Assembly (NCBI GenBank): GCA_965204375.1
Contig: OZ241986.1
Location: 4,800,001-4,864,000 of the forward strand
Reading direction: 5' to 3'
Source: Candidatus Latescibacterota bacterium
GTDB lineage: Bacteria; Latescibacterota; UBA2968
DNA length: 64,000 nucleotides
Within the stretch, counting starts at the first letter, position 1, and each line of letters begins with the position of its first letter. The notes under the pieces were generated by a model that ran no database searches, was not told where the DNA came from, and saw only the letters and a list, made by a program, of their open reading frames with translations. Of this stretch, positions 1 through 7,717 are shown piece after piece. The translations under genes were made by a program, and so were the position numbers.

Positions 1-1091
1 TTGGAGACGATTGTGCCGTTGTAGTTGAGGCCGTAGGTGATTTCAGGCCATCCGTAGTTTTTCCCTTTGGCGACGACATTGAGTTCGTCACCGCCCATTG
101 GTCCGTGTTCGCCGTCCCATATTTTTCCCGTGATTGGGTTGACTGCCATGCCCTGGGGATTGCGATGGCCATAAGAATAGATGGTTTTGAGGGCGCCCTC
201 CTGGCTCATAAAGGGATTGTCTTTGGGGATGCGTCCGTCTGTGTGGATGCGGTGGACTTTGCCGTTTGGTCGGGTCAAGTCCTGTGCCTGGTTTTGCAAG
301 CCCCGGTCTCCTATTGCAAAGTAGAGGTATCCGTTTGCATCGAATACGATGCGAGTGCCGTAGTGATGCCGGGTTGTGAGATAGGTTTCGTGTGGGGCTT
401 CGTAGATTACTTGTTGGTTGGTCCAGGTGTTGTTCCTGATATGACCGCGTACGATGCGGGTCATTGCAGGGGTCCGGCGCTGTCCTTCAATGCGGGCGAG
501 TTCATGGCTGTAGGCGAGGTAGATCCATCCGTTTTCAGAGTAGTTCGGGTCTATTGCTACGTCCATTAATCCGCCTTGTCCCTCATGGACGACCTGAGGT
601 GTTCCTGCGACAGGGTCGAGGAGTTGTCCGTTTTTTACCATTCGCAGTGTGCCCGGGCGTTCGGTAATGAGTGCTGTTTGTGGGTCGATGAAGTCGATTC
701 CCCAAGGGATTTGCAGGTCCTGGACCCAGATATCGACATTGATGTCGTAGTCGAGTGTTTGTACAAAGTCAGGCGGCGGAGGTTTGGGTTGGCCCACTTC
801 TTTTTCTTGTTGTTCGATAAAATCCACGATCATCGCGATCTGTCTGTTTGTGAGCTGTTTTTCATAGCCGGGCATGCCCAGTTCGGTGAGTCCGTTTTTG
901 ATGTTGCGAATGCGGTAGCCGCGTCCGTCTCCGTATTTCCAGATGCCATCGACCATGCTCGGTGCATTGCCCCCTCTCAGGTCGGGTCCGTGACACTGCG
1001 CGCAATATGTCATGTAGAGTGCTTTTCCATCTTGTGCGAATGCCGGGTGATGCAATACGCTGAAGATAAATATTACAATAAAATGCCTCAT
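1..1091 (-). CDS. Cytochrome c-fused PQQ-dependent sugar (glucose/sorbosone) dehydrogenase, 3' end beyond window
   Basis: Not in ORF track; manual translation from ATG 1091 (AGGAG at 1099-1103): signal peptide MRHFIVIFIFSVLHHPAFA, haem motif CAQCH, GSDH motifs GQGGLMDVAIDPNY, GHRNPQG, EHGPMGGDELN, NYGWP. Confidence 0.88.
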   Translation of the reverse strand, partial: MRHFIVIFIFSVLHHPAFAQDGKALYMTYCAQCHGPDLRGGNAPSMVDGIWKYGDGRGYRIRNIKNGLTELGMPGYEKQLTNRQIAMIVDFIEQQEKEVGQPKPPPPDFVQTLDYDINVDIWVQDLQIPWGIDFIDPQTALITERPGTLRMVKNGQLLDPVAGTPQVVHEGQGGLMDVAIDPNYSENGWIYLAYSHELARIEGQRRTPAMTRIVRGHIRNNTWTNQQVIYEAPHETYLTTRHHYGTRIVFDANGYLYFAIGDRGLQNQAQDLTRPNGKVHRIHTDGRIPKDNPFMSQEGALKTIYSYGHRNPQGMAVNPITGKIWDGEHGPMGGDELNVVAKGKNYGWPEITYGLNYNGTIVS

Positions 1092-1132
1092 ATGTTTTCT
1101 CCTATGGTTGAGACACAGTATTCCCCTCTCCC

Positions 1133-2260
1133 CTAAAACCATCTCTTGTAATAAAACGGACTATTTTCATCTTCATTCAACTGCTTTACCACCTCGTAGA
1201 ACCACATATCCAGCGGCATCTCATGCGCGTCCAATCGCGGAAAGGGATTAAAATCATCGGTCGCCAGCGTCTTGCCAATAACATCTATCATCCCCAAACC
1301 CAACTCCGGCACATCCACGCGCCGGATACCTGCTCTCTCCATCAATTTATCATACACATAAGACATCGTCGTACCGCCCGGAATAAACGGCAAAGCGCGC
1401 GTCCGCATCACTGGAAAAAACACATCTATCATTTTCCGGTCTGTACCATAAGCCGCGGAAGTTGCCGCATGAAGCGCGTCCTTGGGCAAATACAAACTCG
1501 TCGAATACGCGCCATTGCGCCCGTATTCCACCGCATCTGGATCGCGGCTCGGCTTGTCCAAACTGCCGCGCCAATCGCAAAAAGCCGTCACAGCCACGGA
1601 AATTCCCGAATCCATCAGTGCATCTGTAAACTGCACAGCCATATCGCCCATCAAAAATTTGGTCGCCTCAACAGCACGCTCAGACAAAGGCGTCAACTGC
1701 CACTGGAACAAACCCTCTGCATCGACATCTTTCACAAATGTCGGGGGATAACCCGGCAACATGCCCGAACTGGCTGCAGCCATTGAATTGATATAAATCA
1801 CATCCTTTGCATCGGCTACTTTGAGCGCATCTACAATTTTATCCAACGCCCTTCCCTCCAATGCGTACCCATCATTGATCCAGTGAAAACGGTCGCCCAA
1901 ATTAGTTGCACGCATCTGCATCTCTTCGCCCGTCGCATATCCCAGCGACCTCGACAAATCGCGTGCCACCACCGTCAGACTTCCACTTTCGGCGACCAGA
2001 TCGAGCAAAGCCACTGCCACCGAACAGCCAATGCCCAACCCCGTCCCACCAATAATCACAAAATGTCGTCCCTTTACCCAATCGAGCGCGTACCGATCCA
2101 CAGCGGCACGCTGTGCCGACCCTCGCTGATCCAGCAATTTAACCGCCTCTGCCGGAAACGCCTCAACCTCTTCTTTGCTCGGCCGCGAAAGTGCCGGCGC
2201 GCCTTCCACGACACGCACCCCCGGCATCGGACTTGCAAACGGACTTGGAAAGTCACTCAT
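1133..2260 (-). CDS. Rossmann-fold oxidoreductase, distant FabV/trans-2-enoyl-CoA reductase-like
   Basis: IIGGTGLGIG nucleotide-binding loop and a motif order resembling FabV; clean 375 aa ORF with AGGAG RBS. Confidence 0.55.
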   Translation of the reverse strand: MSDFPSPFASPMPGVRVVEGAPALSRPSKEEVEAFPAEAVKLLDQRGSAQRAAVDRYALDWVKGRHFVIIGGTGLGIGCSVAVALLDLVAESGSLTVVARDLSRSLGYATGEEMQMRATNLGDRFHWINDGYALEGRALDKIVDALKVADAKDVIYINSMAAASSGMLPGYPPTFVKDVDAEGLFQWQLTPLSERAVEATKFLMGDMAVQFTDALMDSGISVAVTAFCDWRGSLDKPSRDPDAVEYGRNGAYSTSLYLPKDALHAATSAAYGTDRKMIDVFFPVMRTRALPFIPGGTTMSYVYDKLMERAGIRRVDVPELGLGMIDVIGKTLATDDFNPFPRLDAHEMPLDMWFYEVVKQLNEDENSPFYYKRWF

Positions 2261-2281
2261 ATTATTTCTCCTGGTAAAATA

Positions 2282-4792
2282 TTATCCCAACTCTTCCCAC
2301 TCAATTGTAAACCCCGTACTTTCTTCAAACGCTGGCGCGCGTGTACCTGCATCCTCTGGCACCATCGCCACCGGCACCACCACGCGATTTTCATTCAGAT
2401 AAATTTTTGCCGCACCGCGCACCACACACGCTTCTGGCGTAATTGCGCGCGCTTCCCGGGCAATCTCGTCTTGATTGGCTGACGGACGCACCCGAATCTC
2501 CCACCCGATCCTCTCGCCCACCACGTCTAAAAACCTGCGATAGCGATTGCCCACCTGAGAGGAAATAAAAGCCACCTCGATATACGAACCGCTCTTCAGG
2601 CCCATTTTTGATGGTGCGTGGGGTTGATCCCCAAACGCCTTTCGGATCTCGCTATACGCTTTATTAATCTCCCATGCATCTGCCTTCTTCTCCGGCATTG
2701 CGACTTCTGTCTTTACCCCCCCTGGCCAATCCAGTATCAAATCAAAACCCGTCTTTGCCTTAAAACCCGCTGCCGCGTCACCGCTTACCCGCTCCCAATC
2801 ATCCCCCCCATCCTTCGACACATCAACAGCCAACACCACCGCCTTCTGATCCAGATGCAGCGCAGGCGCTTTCAAAACCCTTGCCCCCGCGGGCACGGCA
2901 GCCTGCGCCTCTTCAAAAAGCCGCCCCTGATGCGGCGTCTCCCGCAGCCTGAGCGACCAACCCGTCTCATCCTCCAACCGGACAAGCGTTTCGCCATACT
3001 GCTCTTGAACCACATCGGGAAAATAAAAAGCCAGTTCATACACGCTGTCATCTACATACGCGCTGCACTTAAACAACCCCGCCTCGGGCGGAAAAATCGA
3101 CATAATATGCGTGCGGGCTTCATTCATCTCCATCGGCCCGGCTTCTGACACCTCTTTGGGATGGAACAAATAAGCGCGCCGATAATCCGGCTCGAAAAAT
3201 TCCCGCGAACCCGACAACAACAACCGAAAAGCCTCCACCTCTGACGGCGTCGTCATCTCCGTACCAAACCAAATCTCCGCCAATTCCTGCGCGCGAAACG
3301 GCCCCTGTGCGCCCGTTTCCAACACATAATTGTGTACCTCCGCAAGCGTATCATCGCTCATCGCTCTTCCACCTGCAATACCCGCCCGTGAAACGCGCCG
3401 ACCATAGCCGCGTTGTCGCATCGTCCGCATTGCCTCCACGGAATACGCACCGCCATTTTCCGGTAACTGCACGCCCTCTGGCAAATACACATCTACCATC
3501 GAAGACAATGCGCCGCGCGCCTCTGCATCGCCGTGAACGAGAAAACAGGTACGCGGTTTCAGCCTCTGAACCAACCCCGTCAACTCACCCCCATCTGCAT
3601 GTGCCGAAAGCGAATACGGCTCCACCTGACACGCCACGGATATGCGCTGACCATTCAACATCAACGCGCGCTCTTCGGGATCCTTTGCCTGCATCAGATC
3701 CAACAATGCACGCCCGGGAGACTCTTCATCCTGATACCCCGTTATCGCAATCAAATTCGCCGCATCGCCAGCCAAACGCTCGGCATAAAAACTCGACGCA
3801 CCTCCGATCAACATCCCCGAAGACGCCACAATACAACACGGCGGCCCCGACAAAATCCGGCGGCGATCAGCCGGTGATGACACCGCCCCCACAGTATCCG
3901 AATAAAAAATATTCTCATCGCGCTCTGCCCTGCGTCGCATCGATGGCGCGAGATCATCGCCAAAAGCCGCATATACCGCATTGACCGACCGCACCATCCC
4001 ATCGACAAACACGGGAAACTCGGGAATCTGCTTGCGCCGCATCGCCCGCGCCAAAATCAGAATAACCTCCTGAGAACGCCCCACGGCAAAAGCCGGAACC
4101 AGCACCTTGCCACCCGCTTCAATCACCTCGGCCACGCGCAGTGCAAGCGCGGCCTCTTGCTGGGCGCGATCTGCATGCTGGCGATTGCCATACGTCGATT
4201 CCATCACCATCACATCGGGTCGGCACTGCGGCACAACCATGCCCGGAATCGTCAGTTGATTGGCAACCGACACATCGCCCGTCATCAAAACACTTTCTCG
4301 CACACCCTCAATATAGATCAACGCCGCACCCAGAATATGCCCTGCGGGAATCCAGGTCGCGGTCAACGCACCATCGCAAAGCGGCACCGTTGCAAGCCAT
4401 GGCACATCCACCATGCGCCCCAATGCTGCATCGGCTGCCTCCGGTGGATAAAGCGGCAACTCGCCATCCCGGTCTTGCGCCATCAGTTTCACGGCATCTG
4501 ACAACAACACCCGTGTAATCGCCTGTGTTGCAGGCGTAGAATACACCTTCACATCCGCCGGCAGACTATTCACCAACACCGGCAACGCACCCGTATGATC
4601 GGTATGCGCGTGTGTAATCAACACCTCATCGGGTAGCCCCACATCGTCCAGCACCGAAAAATTGGGCAACTGCGCCCCCTGTGCAGCACCCATTCGAATA
4701 CCCGCATCCACCAGAATGCGTCGCCCTTCAATCTCAATTAATGTACAGGAAGCACCGACCTCATCGGCACCGCCTAAAAAGTGGAGTTTCAT
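2282..4792 (-). CDS. MBL-fold beta-CASP ribonuclease with extended C-terminal repeats
   Basis: LGGADEVGASC, HAHTDHTG, AGHILG, MESTYG, PAFAVGRSQE, GYQDEESPG, SAHAD motifs; ATG at 4792 preferred over TTG 4798. Confidence 0.9.
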   Translation of the reverse strand: MKLHFLGGADEVGASCTLIEIEGRRILVDAGIRMGAAQGAQLPNFSVLDDVGLPDEVLITHAHTDHTGALPVLVNSLPADVKVYSTPATQAITRVLLSDAVKLMAQDRDGELPLYPPEAADAALGRMVDVPWLATVPLCDGALTATWIPAGHILGAALIYIEGVRESVLMTGDVSVANQLTIPGMVVPQCRPDVMVMESTYGNRQHADRAQQEAALALRVAEVIEAGGKVLVPAFAVGRSQEVILILARAMRRKQIPEFPVFVDGMVRSVNAVYAAFGDDLAPSMRRRAERDENIFYSDTVGAVSSPADRRRILSGPPCCIVASSGMLIGGASSFYAERLAGDAANLIAITGYQDEESPGRALLDLMQAKDPEERALMLNGQRISVACQVEPYSLSAHADGGELTGLVQRLKPRTCFLVHGDAEARGALSSMVDVYLPEGVQLPENGGAYSVEAMRTMRQRGYGRRVSRAGIAGGRAMSDDTLAEVHNYVLETGAQGPFRAQELAEIWFGTEMTTPSEVEAFRLLLSGSREFFEPDYRRAYLFHPKEVSEAGPMEMNEARTHIMSIFPPEAGLFKCSAYVDDSVYELAFYFPDVVQEQYGETLVRLEDETGWSLRLRETPHQGRLFEEAQAAVPAGARVLKAPALHLDQKAVVLAVDVSKDGGDDWERVSGDAAAGFKAKTGFDLILDWPGGVKTEVAMPEKKADAWEINKAYSEIRKAFGDQPHAPSKMGLKSGSYIEVAFISSQVGNRYRRFLDVVGERIGWEIRVRPSANQDEIAREARAITPEACVVRGAAKIYLNENRVVVPVAMVPEDAGTRAPAFEESTGFTIEWEELG

Positions 4793-4800
4793 AAGCAATC

Positions 4801-4830
4801 AGTAGTTAGTGGTTAGTGTTAGTGGTTAGT
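4801..4830. repeat. Degenerate 7-mer tandem repeat (AGTGGTT)n
   Basis: agtagtt agtggtt agtgtt agtggtt agt immediately upstream of the beta-CASP start. Confidence 0.7.
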
Positions 4831-4864
4831 CCAACCAGCCCCCAATCCCTCGCTTTTCGCCTTC

Positions 4865-4901
4865 CATCCTGATCATCCTTTCATCCTGAAAATCCTGATT
4901 C
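4865..4901. repeat. Degenerate 9-10-mer repeat (ATCCT core)
   Basis: catcctgat catcctttcatcctgaaa atcctgattc. Confidence 0.6.
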
Positions 4902-4952
4902 GCTTTTAAGTTGTCCAAAAAACTAAAATACGCTATTTTTCCCAGATAGGAG

Positions 4953-5582
4953 GTGATAGCTTTGATCGATATTCAAGTCCAAAAAGAGAAAAAGCTGCCC
5001 GAAAAAATCCTTTCGATTGAGCAATTCCTGGAATGGTGTGAAGAAGACATTCAGGCTGAATGGGTGGATGGAAAGATTATAATTATGTCGCCAGCATCGC
5101 GCAAACACCAGCAAATTGCAGATTTTTTGTCCGCCATTCTTCGGATTTTTTCAGAAACCAAAAATTTGGGACTCACCATCAGTGCCCCCTTCTCTATGCG
5201 CCTTGATGAAACTTCCGCAGTTCGAGAACCCGACCTTCTATTTATAAGCACAGCAAATTTGCACCGTCTCAAAGAAACCTATCTCGATGGCCCGGCTGAT
5301 ATCGCAATTGAAATTGTCTCCCCTGAAAGTATTGGACGCGACCGCGAAGAAAAATTTGTCGAATACGAGCGGGTGGGTATCCCCGAATACTGGCTCATCG
5401 ATCCCGTTCACGAACAGGCCGAATTTTATATTTTGAAACAGGGGAGATATCATCTCGCTGACATCTCCGACGGTATCTTCCGATCCCAAATCTTACCCGA
5501 GTTCGATCTTCAAACCGCATGGCTCTGGCAAAATCCCCTGCCCAACACATTGCGCGTCTTGCGCGAAATCGGCATTTTGTAA
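4953..5582 (+). CDS. Uma2 (DUF820) family PD-(D/E)xK nuclease-like protein
   Basis: EWVDGKIIIMSPAS..HQ, EPDL, PADIAIEIVSPES, YERVGIPEYWLIDP. Confidence 0.92.
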   Translation: MIALIDIQVQKEKKLPEKILSIEQFLEWCEEDIQAEWVDGKIIIMSPASRKHQQIADFLSAILRIFSETKNLGLTISAPFSMRLDETSAVREPDLLFISTANLHRLKETYLDGPADIAIEIVSPESIGRDREEKFVEYERVGIPEYWLIDPVHEQAEFYILKQGRYHLADISDGIFRSQILPEFDLQTAWLWQNPLPNTLRVLREIGIL

Positions 5583-5595
5583 TATCTTATGATTT

Positions 5596-6729
5596 ATGCT
5601 CAAATCATTCGCCTTCATATTTGCTTCCCTACCTTGCCTGCCTGTGCGGAACCCCCGTACCCAGACAAATAGACTACGCCCATCCCACAGTCGCCTTTTG
5701 CGTCTCCCTTCACACTTCACACTTCTCTCTTCTTACTTCTTATTGATCCTGCTCTTCGGCTGCACTGAACGCCAGGTCCGCATCCACTTTGAACAGGCAG
5801 AAAAATATCGCCACGAAGGCAAAATCGACCTCGCAATCGAAGAATACAGAGCCATCCTCGGGCTTCGTCCCGATGCGATTGACGCCCTCAACAACCTCGG
5901 TTATCTCTACGTTGGAAAAGGCCAGTATGCCAATGCTATTGCACAATATCAAAAAGCCATCGCCGTCAAACCCGACTTTGCCGAAGCCCACTTCAACCTG
6001 GGCGTCGCCTATGTCGCGTATAGCCAACTCGACAGCGCCATAGTCGCGTACCAGCGCGCCCTGCAATACGAACCCGAAAACCACGAAATCCACAACAATC
6101 TGGGCGCAGCTCACACCATGGCTGGCAATCACCGGGAAGCCGAAGCAAGCTACCAGCAGGCACTCAAACTCAAACCCGACTACGCCGATGTGTACCACAA
6201 CCTCGGACTACTCTACACCTATGGAGGTCGGTACCGAGACGCCATCCCGCAATACGAAAAAGCCATCCGCTACAAACCCAATTTTGCCGACGCGTACAAT
6301 AACATGGGCAGTGCGCACCTCGAATTGGGCCAATATGAAGACGCCATCCAGCACTTTCAAACCGCCGTCCGTCTCCAACCCAATCACACACTCGCCCAGG
6401 AAAACCTTCGAGAAACCAAAACGCGCATGGACGCGCTCCAAAGAGCACGCGAAGCCGGAGAAATGCGCGCCCAACACATCCTCGTCAAAACCGAAGCCGA
6501 CGCCCGTAAATTGCTCGAACAACTCGACTCAGGTGCCAAATTTGAAGCGCTCGCACAACTCTATTCCACCGATACGGCATCGGGGCGACAAGGCGGCGAC
6601 CTCGGCGCATTCCTCCCCGGCACCCTCTTGCCCGGATTTGAACAGGCCGTCAAAAAAATCGAACCTGGAAAAATCGGCGGACCAGTTAGAACTCCAGCCG
6701 GATATCACATTATTAAACGCATATATTGA
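5596..6729 (+). CDS. TPR-repeat lipoprotein with C-terminal PpiC/parvulin peptidyl-prolyl isomerase
   Basis: LLILLFGC lipobox-like, about six TPRs (NNLG...A...YQKAI), RAQHILV...FEALAQLYS.D...GGDLG...GYHII; true start uncertain. Confidence 0.88.
   Translation: MLKSFAFIFASLPCLPVRNPRTQTNRLRPSHSRLLRLPSHFTLLSSYFLLILLFGCTERQVRIHFEQAEKYRHEGKIDLAIEEYRAILGLRPDAIDALNNLGYLYVGKGQYANAIAQYQKAIAVKPDFAEAHFNLGVAYVAYSQLDSAIVAYQRALQYEPENHEIHNNLGAAHTMAGNHREAEASYQQALKLKPDYADVYHNLGLLYTYGGRYRDAIPQYEKAIRYKPNFADAYNNMGSAHLELGQYEDAIQHFQTAVRLQPNHTLAQENLRETKTRMDALQRAREAGEMRAQHILVKTEADARKLLEQLDSGAKFEALAQLYSTDTASGRQGGDLGAFLPGTLLPGFEQAVKKIEPGKIGGPVRTPAGYHIIKRIY
5708..5742 (+). repeat. Degenerate 7-mer repeat (CTTCACA)n inside predicted signal region
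   Basis: cttcaca cttcaca cttctct cttctta cttctta. Confidence 0.7.
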
Positions 6730-6762
6730 GTCATCAACACACGCTATCCACAGCCACAGGCC

Positions 6763-6907
6763 TGTCATTCTGAGCCGTAACGCAGTGGAGACGAAGAATC
6801 TCATACCAATTCTGGTGGTAAAGATGCTTCGACTATGCTCAGCATGACAAAACACCGCTCACCAATTCTGGTGGTAAAGATGCTTCGACTATGCTCAGCA
6901 TGACAAA
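6763..6907. repeat. REP-like palindromic element with duplicated right arm, upstream of GIY-YIG gene
   Basis: TGTCATTCTGAGC...CGAAGAATCT pairs with AGATGCTTCG...GCTCAGCATGACA; exact 47-bp direct repeat 6805-6851 / 6861-6907. Confidence 0.85.
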
Positions 6908-6928
6908 GACGCGAACATGAGACGATAA

Positions 6929-7219
6929 ATGAATGAATACTTCATCTATATCATGACAAATCGCTCTGGAACCCTCTATATAGGTGTTACCAACAATCTA
7001 ACAAGAAGGGTTTATGAGCATAAATGCAAGCTTATTCCTGGTTTCACAAGCAAATACAATATCAATAGACTGATATACTTTGAAACGACATCTGATATTC
7101 ACGAAGCCATATCAAGAGAGAAACAGCTAAAAGGATGGACGCGAAAGAAAAAACTGGATCTGATAAGAACCACCAATCCAGTCTTCGCTGACCTATCCGA
7201 GGATTGGTACTCGCACTGA
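6929..7219 (+). CDS. GIY-YIG nuclease family protein
   Basis: YFIYIMTN..GTLYIGVTNNL.RRVYEHK...AISREKQLKGW. Confidence 0.93.
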   Translation: MNEYFIYIMTNRSGTLYIGVTNNLTRRVYEHKCKLIPGFTSKYNINRLIYFETTSDIHEAISREKQLKGWTRKKKLDLIRTTNPVFADLSEDWYSH

Positions 7220-7252
7220 TATTATTGGTTCATCATCGAGAAGCACTCTCAT
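7193..7252 (-). pseudogene. Probable N-terminal stub of DUF5615 PIN-like toxin (MRVLLD...)
   Basis: ATG overlaps end of DUF433 gene and reads MRVLLDDEP..., stops after 19 aa within GIY-YIG antisense. Confidence 0.5.
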
Positions 7253-7685
7253 AAGCGTAACTCTCCAAAACTTCTTTCGCCATATCGAGTGCCTTCACTG
7301 CCTGCTCACGGCTTACCGATGGGAAAGCATCTAAGAACACGTCCAGACTATCCCCGTACGCCAGGTAATCGAACAGATTTTTTATTGGCACGCGGGTTCC
7401 TTTGAATACGGGCAGGCCGCTCATGGTGTCCTTGCGGCTGTGAACGACACCGCTCGCATTCTCGCGCGCCCTCTTTCCAATTTCCTCCACCGCCTGCTCG
7501 CGGCTCACTGATGGAAAATAGTCTAAAAAGATGTGCAGATTGTACCCTTTTTCCAGATAGTAGAAAAGTTTCTCCACAGGCACATCGGTCCCCTCAAAAA
7601 CGCGGGCATCGTCTGCAATATCCTCGCCGCTTTGGATAACGTCTTCCTCAATTGTGGTGGACAGGCTTTTGTTTGTTTGCATCAT
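7233..7685 (-). CDS. Tandem DUF433 domain protein (antitoxin-like)
   Basis: Two copies of (P)VF.GT.VPV..LF.YL..G..L..FLD.FPSVSREQAV; AAGGAG RBS before ATG 7685. Confidence 0.88.
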   Translation of the reverse strand: MMQTNKSLSTTIEEDVIQSGEDIADDARVFEGTDVPVEKLFYYLEKGYNLHIFLDYFPSVSREQAVEEIGKRARENASGVVHSRKDTMSGLPVFKGTRVPIKNLFDYLAYGDSLDVFLDAFPSVSREQAVKALDMAKEVLESYAYESASR

Positions 7686-7717
7686 GGCAAATCTCCTTAT
7701 TTTCTGCTCCAAAACTC

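Noticed and set aside
105-1136. Plus-strand ORFs 105-569 and 576-1136
   Set aside because: Antisense to the minus-strand dehydrogenase that runs off the window
6805-6907. Mini-CRISPR from 47-bp repeats
   Set aside because: Only two copies with a 9-bp gap; part of a palindromic element
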